NCBI GenBank assembly: GCA_964016885.1
Contig: OZ024741.1
Location: 122,946,001 to 123,010,000 of the forward strand
Direction: 5' to 3'
Length of the DNA: 64,000 nucleotides
From: Eledone cirrhosa
Taxonomy: Eukaryota
Part shown: positions 39,810 through 53,806 of the stretch, piece by piece
Layout of the letters: the number at the start of each line of letters is the position of its first letter
How positions within the stretch are numbered: the first letter of the stretch is position 1
Notes under the pieces: generated by a model
What the model saw: the letters and a program-made list of their open reading frames with translations, nothing else
Databases searched by the model: none
Told to the model about the DNA's origin: nothing
Position numbers and translations under genes: made by a program

Positions 39810-39881
<72 letters not shown>

Positions 39882-40364
39882 GGTCGCTCATTAGCGTTAC
39901 TGGTAATATGTAACCCAGTACTACCTGTGCATGGTCGAGTTGCCGGTGGCTCAGCCGGCAACCTCCTATCAAGCTTGCTTGGTGAGGAGGGTAATTTTCA
40001 TTACCATGCAGTATGAAAACCAAAACCTGTCAAATGGCGGAGGATTTCAGGAAATTCAATGGCCGTCGAATAATTTTTTTTGAGGTGGGGCAGTAGGGTG
40101 AGAGTCCCCTTGTCTTCATTAAAACATCTCTCTCAGAGACAATCACTCTGATATAAAATCTACGACTTTGCATCAATTAAGGTTGACCTATTATACTTTT
40201 GTGGTAAATGCATTCGATTTTCAGGGTGGAATTGGTTCCGTGCAAAACCTACACTAATACTATGCACATACCTGATACCAACTCTCCAATCCCATTATTT
40301 TCATATTAGTGGCTAGAGACACATTCATTATAGGTGTGTTAACATACAGCATTTTTATTTATAA

Positions 40365-41316
40365 CTAGCAGCAGGACCCGGCGTTGCACGGGTTATGAAA
40401 CGTGAAATACGTATATGCAAATATTGAGGAATGTAGCTGTGTACTTTTTGAATTCCCTTATTCTTAGGGAATGATTGAGAAGCGACGTAGTCAATTGTGT
40501 CAAAACCAAGTAGCGGTGTACGTTTAAGTAGGGATATAGAGATGACGAAATCAGTGTGGCAACGCAGCTGCAGCAGAAGGGGGTCATAGTGCAATTAGCA
40601 CAATGCCGGGCGGCAATGGTTGCATTGCGTTTACACAGCATTAAAGGTGCGACAGAAGGGGTCATCGCGGAATTTGCACAACCGCTATTCGGGATACTTG
40701 CGCAGGGCGTTCGTAATGCGGTGTAGGTGCAACAAAAGGGGTCTCAGTTGCCCGGATTTGCACGTGATGAAAGCACGAAGCGTCAACAGGGAGCCGACAT
40801 ACATTTTAAGGTCCTCCTCATTTCCTCAATCCCCCGAAAATGATCCTGCCTAAAAGTAAGTAAGTGTTGTGTCCCCTGTTAAATAAACCGAATTTTTAAC
40901 GAAATATTATACGCTACTTACGATGTTTAAGTAGCGTTTATATTGAAAATGAAAATGGCATGTAATGCCCAATGCTAATTCGTAAATTTCCTAGAAACCA
41001 TTAATTGAATCGGACATTTTTGTTGTCCACGGCAATGCGAGGGGAATAACTAATGTGTGCTGCAAATTTCGAGGAAATCGGCAAGCTTATCTTTAAGTTA
41101 CGCCTCAAAATACCCTAAATATGCCTTTAAAATGCGATTCTGGGGCTACTGCGGGCCCTAGGGCAGAAAAAGGTAAAATGTTTAGTCCATTGCACTTCAA
41201 GAAATATAAGTAACGCATGTGTAAAGTTTGAAAAAGATTGGTCGGGTACTTCGCGAGTTTTAGGGATTTACACAAACAGACAGAAAGACATACATCCTCC
41301 GTTTTATATATATAGA
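40365..41316 (-). mobile_element. Non-autonomous Helitron
   Basis: Minus strand: 5' TCTATATATATAAAACGGAGGATGTATGTC; 3' CCCGTGCAACGCCGGG..GCTAG|T. The 5' portion is related to family B. Confidence 0.8.
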
Positions 41317-42383
41317 TTAAATCAATACAACATAATCCTTTAAATACCAAAATTAATAAAAGATGCAGAAACACAATACCACTCTCCAACACTAACAATC
41401 TCCTCCACCATCTCCACCTAAAATGTTATCTACATCTTCATGGCTAGGTTAGGGACTACCAATGTTTCGCTGCGTTTTTATTTTTCATAAATTCAGTGTA
41501 GCTCAATGTTATTTAACGCCCAGTTTTGTTTATTTTAAATTGAGCGAATCTTACCTCCGCAATGGCATTCCAGGCATAGGGCAGGCTTCAGTAATATAGG
41601 CACATGTTTGGGCAAATGTCTTGTTTCAGACATGTATTCGCTATAGTATGAATTTGCATTAAATTCATGACGATTTTGAGATGGAAATAGATTCGTACAA
41701 ACGAAAAACAATGCTCGCTTCTTCACCCAACGTCAGTACATTATGTAACAACTTTAAGAAAAGTTACCTGACAATCTGCGTTCGATACATATGGTGGGTA
41801 CGTAATTCCAACTTCTCCGCGTGCTTGTAAACTCAGGTTACTAATGAATAGGCAAATCAAAAAACGAATATAGAAAATACGAGTCATTCAACAAAAGAAA
41901 ACGATACACTGTCAAAAACACATGCTACCTACCGAATTGTCCTTAATAAACAGATGTATGATGCAAAGTAAAGGAATGTGAACAAAACAAATACATTCTT
42001 TCGAGTGTAAATATGGCGTGAACATGAGTGCGCATGGGAAAACGTTTGCAGTAGAAGTACGGGGGAAATAAAATACTACCGGTGAGATCACTAGAACAGT
42101 ACATCAGAAAAAAAGGATGTTTGAGTGTTGAAAGAGAAGCAAACTGGGGAGGTTCAGAATAGCATTCTGAGAATGTAGAAAGATATAAGACAGGAGAGAG
42201 AGAGAGCGATATATATGTATATATATATATAATGTATGATAAACAATACAATATAATTACCTCATTACAATATCATTACAGGTAATTATATTGTATTGCT
42301 TATTATACATTAAATTTAGCTCAGTAACTTACATAGATCACTCTTCACTCTTATGACTTTTTCAATTTTCAACGGAAACTTCA

Positions 42384-42461
<78 letters not shown>

Positions 42462-42465
<4 letters not shown>

Positions 42466-43242
42466 ATAATAATAAATTTGAAGACTAAAATCCAAAGAGG
42501 GCTCGATAAGGATAAATATATATCAAATATATAAGAACCGTAGAGCAAATATTTATTAAAATAACAGATTAAAGTTTAAGCAAAGAATCGCTGCTTTCAC
42601 CCATAACGGGATCTTCTGAAACTAACAAAGTCAATCTGTGAACGCAGAAGTGAATATTTCAAAAAACGTTGCAACCGGAGCAAGACAGGAAGATGATACT
42701 TTGGTTCGTGGAAACGTTCCCTGGCAAAGAACGGGAAAAAACGAATATAATACGTCATTATTTGGAGCGGTGAAAACCAATTACACGCAAAGACAAAACC
42801 ACGTTTATGGTATGAAAGAAGTCGTAGACGAATATTCTCTTAGGTGGTTCATAGAGACGTTCTCTGGCAATGAACGGAAAAAACGAAGATAATACGTCAT
42901 ATGTGGAGCGGGGGGGGGGGGGGATGGGAACAATTGCACGCAAAGACAAAACCACGTAAATGGTATAACTGAAGTCGTAGACTAAAATTCTAACTAGGAA
43001 ACCGAATGATTCTTGGCTTCAGAGTTCAGAATAAAGTAAATAAAATACAGAGGTAATAGAAATTAAATAAATACATACACGCATCCATATACGTACATAC
43101 AATCATACGCGAAAACACTCGCCATAGGTATACAAATACACGCACGTACACGAAAAAAAAACAAAAAATCCGCACGTACATACAGAATCCACGCAATGCC
43201 TGTACCCACACGCATACGAATGTATACACCAAATACACATAG

Positions 43243-43317
<75 letters not shown>

Positions 43318-45879
43318 TGTATAGATATAATTAAATAAACATATATAAATAAATACGTTTATAACAAGCGCACACACATGCCTACATATATGTTCGGAGA
43401 CGTACGTCAACCAAAACACGAAGTACACATATACACACACCCTACATTCGTACGAACCCGCATACACATACAGACGCAAAACTCCAGTATACACATAACC
43501 AAAGAATATGTACCAGAATATAATATATATACAATCAAATATACGTACGAGAAAGTATACGTCCTACACAAAACATACAGGTAATATATACTTACCTATA
43601 CAAATAAGTAATGCTATAAACATAACATATACTTAGCTACCACACCCAGACGTAAAATATCCGCGTATAGTTCGTACTATCCATTAGGGTATAATGTGGG
43701 GCTGTAATACAGGAAAGTTTTGTGCAATTTATGTTTACAAGGCGAAATTGCCTCAAATTTTTTGTTTAAGATGTGGTCTTTGGTGTAGAGCATTTCCAGG
43801 GCCTCAGCGGCGCAGAGGTCACATGGTCTTTTATTTCCGTTATATGATCTAGCCCTAGCTAGATCACCCAGTGTAACTTATATTGGATGTGGTTGTCTTT
43901 TAGACTCCAGATATAAGTGACGTCATATTCCTTCTTAAAGGGTAACGAAAAGAATGGGTATGCATGTAAAGACGCTGCTTGAATCTATTGGCGGTTAACC
44001 CTATGTAGGCCCTACGGGACGTGGGTGTTTCAACCTTATATTTGTAGACAATGTAACTAGAGAGGCATTTCCCGGATAGGGGGCAGTCAACCCGATTCCT
44101 ACAATTACAGTTAGTACTAATTACAGGTTGCACGTGTTCCTACGGCTAGGTAGCTTTGCTAAATTTGAAGCTGTGATGTTATGTGTAGGGGGAAAATGTT
44201 TCGTAATAAGGGAGATAAAGATCTTAGCTAATGGTGTAGACACCTTCATATTATATGGTGGGTTATACCATATAATGCGTCGGGATCTATTACTTCTAGG
44301 TCTATTCTCGTACTCTGTATAAGCTACCTTATCGACAAATCCACTCCGAGCAAGAGCTTCATTGTAATATGTGTAATGGTCGTTGAAAATATGCTCGTTA
44401 GTAGATAGACGGGAGAGCCTCATAGAAACGTTTTTTACCAGGTTCTTGGTTATGCTGGCAGGATGGTTAGAATGTTTACTTATGTGATTAAGCGTATCAT
44501 TCGGCTTTCTATACGGGTAATGCAAGCCAATCGATAAATTGAGGGTAACGTCGAAGTAATTAACGACCGAGGGGTTGGCCTCAACCTGTATGGAGAGGTT
44601 GATACCTTTAAAAAAGGTTGTGAGTTCTTTTCTGAACCTGTCTTAAGCACGTGTGCCGCACTTAGTCATGGTCAAAAGACCATCATCACGGTACAAACCA
44701 CCGCCCACGTTGGGGAATTCTTCCTTGATAGAGAAAAAGAAGGAAAAGGCCGATAAGATCAGTAACCTCCGCAGAATCGCTGGCGCCCATGCTCACGTCG
44801 AATGCGGTACTATTAGATGTTTTAATCCAAATAGAGTCGTCGAAATTAATCACCGACTTACGGGCATTGAGGATGACATCAACTTCGAAATCCTTAACAA
44901 ACGTGAGTGTTTTAGCGAAATTGATAGCTCTAAGGAGAAGTGGTAAAGTGATGGAGGAGTAGTAATTATTGATGTCGAATTGGATAAAACGGCAATGTTC
45001 CTTGTTGTACATGCCGTTGAACCAATCAATCACCGCGAAAGAATTGTTCCACAGTGCAAGAGGGGCCAAACTTCTAATTTCAGGTATAATTCTATCAAGA
45101 ATCCTTTTACTAAGTCTACCAAAATTGGACTTCGTAGGCTTAATAAGCCGAATAGAGGGTTTGTTCGGAAAATTGGATCTGTGATCCTTCAGGGTAAAGT
45201 GGGGAGAAATAGGGTCCACAGGTTCAGTCCTGTCCAGGATGTTGAGATCGGAGGTGATTTTAAACCCAGCATCGTTGATTTCATTAATGACGCTGCGATT
45301 AGTTTTACGGTAATCCTTATTTACAGCATTATGTAGCAGTTGATGGTAAGTACTGCGCTCCACTTGATATAAATTGCCAGTTTTGTCGGAATGGACGTGC
45401 ACGACATTAGAATCCTTAATAGAACGAATTCTATTATTCAGGTCCTGCTGGAAGGAATTGCTCCTATTCCAAAATTTGATACTCCGTATGAGTTCCAAGA
45501 CATCATTTTCGAAGGGTAGCAATGATGAGTTACTCCGAGGGTTATTATAGGTCTTTCTTCGTTTTTACCATTCATTGCCAGAGAACATCTCTATGAACCA
45601 CCTAATAGAATATTAGTCTACGACTTCTTTTATACATGTCTTTGCGTGTAATTGTTTTTCACCGCTCCAAATAATGACGTATTATATTCATTTTTTCCCG
45701 ATTTTGCCAGGGAACGTTTCCACGAACCAAAGTATCGTCTTCCTGTTTTGCTCCGGTTGCAACGTTTTTTGAAATATTCACTTCTGCGTTCACAGATTGA
45801 CTTTGTTAGTTTCAGAAGATCCCGTTAAGGGTGAAAGCAGCGATTCTTTGCTTAAACTTTAATCTGTTATTTTAATAAA

Positions 45880-45881
<2 letters not shown>
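42462..45881 (-). mobile_element. Naiad-type PLE, 5'-truncated, with inverted pLTR (45555-45881 vs 42549-42890)
   Basis: Coding region ~43675-45550: FIQFDINNYYSSI, MGASDSAEV, GGGLYRDD, SNHP, WYNPPY, CNCRNRVDCPLSGKC, IVYKY..YIGLT, CDLC; several frameshifts; (TA)n at both ends. Confidence 0.9.
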
Positions 45882-45926
<45 letters not shown>

Positions 45927-46059
45927 GTTCAATCGGTGGTAACCACAGTAAGTATCCTCCATGGGTGGAGGTCATTGGTTGATGGGTTTATCAACCAATG
46001 ACGTCCCTCTCTCCTACCACCAGAAAATATATAAATACCACCATAGTACTTCCACAGTC

Positions 46060-46110
46060 AGCTTCCTGATGATTTCTCACTAATGAAACAGTTCTATTCC
46101 TGTAGAAGCT
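46060..46110 (+). ncRNA. Type-I hammerhead candidate at the 3' end of a ~190-bp (TA)n-flanked element
   Basis: AGCTTC-CTGATGA-tttctcactaat-GAAA-CAG-ttctattc-CTG-TA-GAAGCT: 6-bp stem I, 3-4-bp stem III, poor stem II. Confidence 0.6.
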
Positions 46111-46111
46111 T

Positions 46112-46156
<45 letters not shown>

Positions 46157-46981
46157 CAGTTCAAGACTATCCAATCTTAAAGAGAGAGATGTAGATAGGA
46201 GAGGAGATAGGAGATGAGAGATTGGTGAATTAGTTTGAGGCCATAGCGTAAAGGCATGTGTTCAATGTGCAATATGCAGTGGAAAGCAGCTAGGTGCACA
46301 GAGCTAGAGATATTCATTAGTTAAGCAAAACAAGACCACAAATTTCACAAGGAAGACATTATTAAAAGATTGTCAACATATTTTAGTTTGATATTATGAA
46401 TGTAGAGAATAATAATAATAATATTAATAATAATAATTTGGCGACCATCTTGTTACCCATAGGAAGATCTCACACAATGCAGCCTCGACAGAAGAATACT
46501 GCTCGACTATGACAGACAATTGATAAACCCAGGACACCATAGTGAAATACCAATATATGGAACATTACATTTATGTAACATTCTTTCCTTGTTTTAATTT
46601 ATATTCCTTTTGAAGTTCCAATGAGCTGCTCTAACTTTACCTATGTTAATTATTTTCAACTGATCCAGAAATATTATATGGAGTAGCGAAACAATTGTAA
46701 ACGGACAGTTGGTCGGACGCCATGCATTCCAGCATAGTTACGTCCCTTTACGATCTGAGTTCAAATGCCGCCGAGGTTGACTTTGCCTTTCATCCTTAAG
46801 GGTCGATAAAATAAGGTACCAGTAATGCACTGGATAATTGCTGGCCTTGTGCCTAAAGTAGAAACAATTATTATTAATATTATTATTATTCTCTACATTC
46901 CTTACATCAAACTAAAATATGTTGACAATCTTTTAATAATGTCTTCCTTGTGAAATTTGTGGTCTTGTTTTGCTTAACTAA

Positions 46982-47025
<44 letters not shown>

Positions 47026-47156
47026 AATGTAATCTGAGTTTTTCGAATATAAATAATATTCGATTCGTTTGCAATTATGCAAATACCATCTTTTATAATC
47101 CATGTCAGTAGAATGAGCCCATCAAGCTCGCTCTTATATTGACATGCAAACAGAAA

Positions 47157-47199
47157 TGCAAATACTAATGTTTCTGGGTAATTACCCATCATCAGTGCA
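47157..47199 (-). ncRNA. Minimal hammerhead candidate
   Basis: Minus strand: TGCA-CTGATGA-TGGGT-aatt-ACCCA-GAAA-CattaG-TA-ttTGCA. Confidence 0.55.
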
Positions 47200-47204
47200 G
47201 TTTC

Positions 47205-47271
<67 letters not shown>

Positions 47272-47652
47272 GAAAATAAAACAAAGAAGCCTTCAATACA
47301 TCAAAGGTCTTTATTAGCCAACAATGTTTCGTCCTATTAAGGACTCATCAGGGCAATTAAAACTACAAGAAGCACTATCGGCCAATACAAGCCGAAAACT
47401 CCGAAGAATATGGAGTGTACATACACTAAAGTATTGGAAGATTATGGGTAAAAATATATAATAAAAATCACTAAGGAGGTGGATAACATTTTGAAACATA
47501 TTACAAATATAGTCCAAAGCAAAAAAAACTAGAGCTAAACAAAGGTGGTTATATAGAGCGGGAATTATAGTACTATATGTAATACAATATAATATAATAT
47601 AATATACTTGTAACAATATTAAAATTAATTAATATAAATAAGCATAATAGGA

Positions 47653-47960
47653 ATAAAAATAAAAATAAAAATAAAAATAAAAATAAAAATAAAAATAAAA
47701 ATAAAAATAAAAATAAAAATAAAAATAAAAATAAAAATAAAAATAAAAATAAAAATAAAAATAAAAATAAAAATAAAAATAAAAATAAAAATAAAAATAA
47801 AAATAAAAATAAAAATAAAAATAAAAATAAAAATAAAAATAAAAATAAAAATAAAAATAAAAATAAAAATAAAAATAAAAATAAAAATAAAAATAAAAAT
47901 AAAAATAAAAATAAAAATAAAAATAAAAATAAAAATAAAAATAAAAATAAAAATAAAAAT
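47653..47960 (+). repeat. (AAAAAT)n microsatellite, ~51 units
   Basis: Perfect hexamer array. Confidence 0.95.
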
Positions 47961-48802
47961 ACAAAATATTACGTATATATAATATACAGTATAACATGAA
48001 GTAATGAAATGATTAAAAGTAAAACACATAATATATAATAAACTATATAATTATATATATATACATATAATATAATATAATATATAATATATAATAAACT
48101 ATATAATTATATATATATACATATAATATATAATAAACTATATAATTATATAATATATAATATAATATAATAGATAATCTCCGGTTAATATATATATATA
48201 TTATTATTATAGTGTTATTGTGACATCTATATTGCTTGTGTAAATTGACCGGAGATTATCTATTATATTATATTATATATTATATAATTATATAGTTTAT
48301 TATATATTATATGTTTTACTTTTAATCATTTCATTACTTCATGTTATACTTTATATTATATATACGTAATATTTTGTATTTTTATTTTTATCCCTATTAT
48401 GCTTATTTATATTTAAACTCTTAATAAGGTTTAATTTGTGCTGTTAATGATGGAAATGTGTATTGATGTATATGTATATGTGCGTACGTGTGTGTATATA
48501 TATACATAGGTATATTGTGCCTTTTAATTTTAATTTTAATTTTAACATTGTTACAAGTATATTATATTATATTATATTGTATTACATATAGTACTATAAT
48601 TCCCGCTCTGTACAACCACCTTTGTTTAGCTCTATTTTTTTTTGCTTTGGACTATATTTGTAATATGGTTCAAAATGTTATCCACCTCCTTAGTGATTTT
48701 TATTATATATTTTTACCCATAATCTTCCAATACTTTAGTGTATGTACACTCCATATTCTTCGGTGTTTTCGGCTTGTATTGGCCGATAGTGCTTCTTGTA
48801 GT

Positions 48803-48855
48803 TTTAATTGCCCTGATGAGTCCTTAATAGGACGAAACATTGTTGGCTAATAAAG
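48803..48855 (+). ncRNA. Canonical minimal type-I hammerhead (mirror copy at 47310-47362, minus strand)
   Basis: GCC-CTGATGA-GTCC-ttaata-GGAC-GAAA-CattG-TT-GGC. Confidence 0.85.
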
Positions 48856-48993
48856 ACTTTTGATGTATTGAAGGCTTCTTTGTTTTATTTTCATAATTCT
48901 TCGGCTCTGTTTAATTACATTGAGCTATACCTTTTACTGTCATTTCTATAATACGAAGAGGGTGTTTAACTCCAACACGCTCCAGTATTTTAA

Positions 48994-49898
48994 TCCTTAT
49001 ATATATATATATATAACTGAGTATATCTTTCTGTGTGTGATGTGAGTTCGAATCTCTAAAACTCGATAACCACCCAACCGACTGTTTTCAAACTTTACAC
49101 ATGTAATACTTATGTTTCACGGAGTGTTCTGAACAAAACAGATTTAAAATTTTCCCCAGGGACCACATTAGGCGATTTAGCGATCTCCCCCTATAATTCG
49201 CCCTATAATTCTTAGTCTTTCACATTTTAGATAGATGCATACTTATAACGTCGCGCCCTTATAATATCTGTCTGTATGTCTGATTGTCTGCATTACGTCA
49301 CTTCCTTGTGTGTGTGTGAGTTTGAATCCCTAAAACTCGAGAAGTACTCAACCGACCTTTTTCAAACTATACATGTATATTACTTATGTTTCAGGGAGTT
49401 ATGCACATTAAAAAATTCAACTTTTTGTATCTCCTAGAGCCCGCATTAGGTGAAAAATCTGCGTTGTTTAACATTGTTAGGGGGTTCTTTTTAGGCGTTA
49501 CGTCAGAAATTGTAACTATGTATTAGTCAGTCTCTTCTTCATACCGTAAGCAAAGAAAATCCAACTTTCTTATGGTCTAGGGCCCGCATTAGGTAAAAAA
49601 GTTCATTTTTTCAGCTTCTACGTCTTTTTGGAGCGGTTACGTCTAGCCGATTTTCCCGAAATTTCAAGGCATATAATGCATATAAAAAAAAAATCATTTT
49701 CTTGATCTGCTAGGGTCCGCATTAGGTAACAAACCTGCATTTTTCCTGCTTCATCGAGGAAAATCTTAAAGAACATCCATCCATCAGAGTATTCGGTTTA
49801 TTTTCTTTACATATTGTCCAGGCATGCAACTTTTAGGTCTATTGGCGGCCCGCGTTCCAAAATACCTTATCCCGTGCAACGCCGGGTATGACTGCTAG
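48994..49898 (+). mobile_element. Non-autonomous Helitron, family B, followed by an inverted internal fragment (~49905-50020)
   Basis: Collinear with 9909-10855; ends CCCGTGCAACGCCGGG..CTAG|T. Confidence 0.8.
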
Positions 49899-50230
49899 TA
49901 TAATTGAATTTTTTAATGTGCATAACACTCCCTGAAACATAAGTAATATACATGTAAAGTTTGAAAAAGGTCGGTTGAGTACTTCTCGAGTTTTAGGGAT
50001 TCAAACTCACACACACACACATACACACACTCACATATATATATATATATATATATAAATGTATATATATATATATATTAGAAAGTGAGGGTTTTTTTAC
50101 AAAATGAAAAATAACCGAGGTGTCCTACACGAGTGAATGTATAAAGAAAAAGAGATGAAATCGAAAATGCAACTGGAGTCTGCTTTAAAAAAATAAGACT
50201 CCAGTTGCATTTTCGATTTCATCTCTTTTT

Positions 50231-50345
<115 letters not shown>

Positions 50346-52057
50346 GCGAGAGAGAGAATCTGCGTCTCTTGTATGCTGTGCTCATTTTGTTTTGTTGATT
50401 GAAAACGTTGATATGTATACTTTTCAAATCTACATGTAGAAACCCCCAGCGTATGGTTCGAGAGATCCATTACAACCTGGCTGCTAGAACTCAGCTATGC
50501 GCAGACAAGGAGATAACAGGGGCTTCTATAAAGCCTTAAATCTATGTGAGTGCTGCATGTGCAAGCTGTAAGCGAATGCCTACTTTTTGTAACTATGCAG
50601 TGTACACGTGCATAGTATGTGCGAGCGGGTGAGTTTAGCCCGCACCAGCACATGTCCAGCACGTATGCGATTCATATGACACGGATGTGGACATGTATGG
50701 GGTTGTGTGTATTCATGAGGAATTAAGTGTGTATGCGCATTTGCGCATATCTGTTTATATATATAATGTGTGTGTTTGTGATATATGTATGCACACTGGT
50801 ACGAGTGCGTATGAGGATGCGCTTGGGCTTGTCTGCGCATGCACACGTGTGTCTGATAGCACACACTTGTAATAAGTGTGCAACTTGAAATGTAGTGCTT
50901 CAAAGCACCATAGAACTTAAAGCACCACCTAGTAACGAATAGGAAGCTAAGCAATCCTAAGCACTAATTCATGCGCTTTACCACCGACCTATAAAACACA
51001 TAAAACAATTATATTTCATGTTCATGTAAGATATTAGCAAAAGAAAATCTTGGTTTGACAGGTACATTATATGAAGTATTTTCGTGCAAACTATATATTT
51101 CGGTGCAATTTGTTGACATTAAAATAATAATTTTTAAGTACAACACTTTTTAGGAGAAACAGATCGACTGATCCTGATTGTTTTCATGACTAATATCTGG
51201 CTGAAAGAAAATAAAAATAAATAGGTATATACACTCAACAGTTAATTATATAGACACACACACGTAAACAGACACACACGCGCGCGCGCACACACAGACA
51301 CACACATATGTATGTATATGTAGCAATATCCGTTGTTATTAAAAGGAAAATAAAACAGTTCTTAGCCGGGAAGAGAATAGAAATAGTATATTATTTATTC
51401 ATATTCATACACGGAACATAAATAAATAATATACTATATGTATCTTTTAAGTAGATTCACTAACATGTCGATGCTTGTACATACGTATATTTCTATTTCT
51501 ATACACATATACACGTTTATATATATATATAATTACATCTGCCTCATGTCAGCTAGTTTTACACGCTAAAATCGTAGATATACTATACTTCCCACCTAGA
51601 TTGATGTTGGGATTATTTCAAATAATTTATTGCTAGCATTGTTAGTATTGTTGTTATTGTTCTAATTGGATGCCATTACTACTATATATAGTAGCCATGC
51701 CTGTATATTCTTTTCATTCTCACAAGCTCCGATGAATTGACTGGTTATAAATTTGTATTGGTGATCGAATAACGTGAAAATAAGCGGGTAGCGATCTCTA
51801 GACCTACCAGTTCAGAGAAACAATTGTCAGCAATGAGATTAAAAACCTTTTTTGTATAGCAAACCGTGTCACTCTTCTTTCCTGATTTATCATTACTCCA
51901 AGTGTTTACAACATAGGAATTACTGCGTACTCGCAGCATCACTATGGAAACACCTTGGTGAGTCAAACTTAGCCAAGCGTTGATATCATCCACAACTCGG
52001 AGTACCATAACTGGACTACACTTAAGTGGACTACCTATAACAATAATTTGTTACCCC

Positions 52058-52103
<46 letters not shown>

Positions 52104-52109
<6 letters not shown>

Positions 52110-53155
52110 CGTAAAATAAGAAAATTATAAGATTAACTTACTTACTAAAATTTCACTCCCAACTAATTAGTTTCTGAAATGGAATAAATATACTTTCCGA
52201 AGAAAATATTGAGAAGCATTTCGTCGTCAGGGAAGTCTATTCTCAGCTAAGTATCCAGGCAAAGCGTGGACTCTGGAAACTTATACAAAAATAATTCAGT
52301 GGATAGGAAATAGCAAAGCGTGGACTGAATTCCTAGCCATTGAGAAAATCACTGCCTACTGCGTCGGTGGCAAATTCAAAAAGAATCAATCATGTGACAT
52401 CGAGGTCAATCAGTGGAAAGTGGTTTGTTAAGAAGACAGCGGCCTGCCTGCTACCATAGCAAGAGTCTTGGCCAATATTGCTCGACAAATAATTTGGAGA
52501 TAATTATAAAGAATTAATATCTAGTAACATATATATACATACAGATGCATATCAATGCTAGCAAATATATAGGTTTTGTCTTAGTAACTTTGTGGTTCAA
52601 TGCATGGGGTTGCAGAACAATAATATGAGAGATGTAAAATAAGAAAATTATAAAATTAACTTACTTACTAAAATTTCACTCCCAACTAATTAGTTTCTGA
52701 AATGGAATAAATATACTTTCCGAAGAAAATATAGAGAAGCATTTCGTCACGTGATTGATTCTCTTTTAATTTGCCACCGACGCAGTAGGCAGTGATTTTC
52801 TCAATGGCTAGGAATTCAGTCCACGCTTTGCTATTTTCTATCCACTGAATTATTTTTGTATAAGTTTCCAGAGGCCACGCTTTGCCTGGATACTTAGTTG
52901 AGAATAGACTTCCCTGACGACGAAATGCTTCTCTATATTTTCTTCGGAAAGTATATTTATTCCATTTCAGAAACTAATTAGTTGGGAGTGAAATTTTAGT
53001 AAGTAAGTTAATTTTATAATTTTCTTATTTTACGTCTCTCATATTATTGTTCTGCAACCCCATGCATTGAACCACAAAGTTACTAAGACAAAACCTATAT
53101 ATTTGCTAGCATTGATATGCATCTGTATGTATATATATGTTACTAGATATTAATT

Positions 53156-53158
<3 letters not shown>
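52104..53158. repeat. Complex nested inverted duplication between (TA)n tracts
   Basis: 52104-52395 is the reverse complement of ~52750-53040; 52509-52748 is the reverse complement of ~52919-53158. Confidence 0.85.
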
Positions 53159-53195
<37 letters not shown>

Positions 53196-53509
53196 GTAAG
53201 AAACACAGTAAACCGCGTGTCTAAAATTACAAGGGTTGAAAAACCACATTTGTTTGAAATATTTAACCAAGAAGCAGACAGAATGATAAAATAAAAATAT
53301 ATTATTATACAAACCGCCTCAATAACCATTAACTCTAATTTTCATATATATTTCTGCTCCCTCACAAGTTGAGCTTATTAAGTTGTGTGTATTGGACTGT
53401 TATTTCTATTCAATACACGCTTACCACGTTTTACTAGCGGAGCACGAGGTGACAAATTCATCTTTCTGTGTGAAGGTTGGCAAATAGTGTTTGTTGCATT
53501 TAATCAGAT

Positions 53510-53589
53510 TCTCTCGCTGATGATGCCCAGGATTATCTGTTACAAACACACTCAGGGCGAAACAGATTAGGGATAATCTGTCCGAGAGA
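53510..53589 (+). ncRNA. Full type-I hammerhead ribozyme with a stable stem III
   Basis: TCTCTCG-CTGATGA-T-GCCC..GGGC-GAAA-CAGATTA-ggga-TAATCTG-TC-CGAGAGA; predicted GUC cleavage after 53582. Confidence 0.9.
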
Positions 53590-53806
53590 TATAATGGTTA
53601 TTGAGGCGGTTTGTATAATAATATATTTTTATTTTATCATTCTGTCTGCTTCTTGGTTAAATATTTCAAACAAATGTGGTTTTTCAACCCTTGTAATTTT
53701 AGACGCGCGGTTTACTGTGTTCCTTACTATATATTATTAATCGGCTCAGTATTTTTATACTTGGAGCTTAATAGTTACAGGGTTCTAATTGAGTTTTAAC
53801 TCTAAT

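Larger units (their letters stand above)
47270..48894. repeat. ORF-less inverted repeat of PLE pLTR type (arms 47270-48186 and 48248-48894), each arm with a hammerhead
   Basis: Mirror ORFs 47314..47616(-) and 48488..48850(+). Centre AATCTCCGGT...ACCGGAGATT. Confidence 0.85.

Noticed and set aside
32280-45550. Selenocysteine-encoding Naiad PLEs (in-frame TGA at Cys motifs)
   Set aside because: The Cys motifs readable at 32.3-32.7, 37.6-38.0 and 43.7-44.1 kb use ordinary Cys codons. The lesions are frameshifts or TAA/TAG, not conserved TGA.
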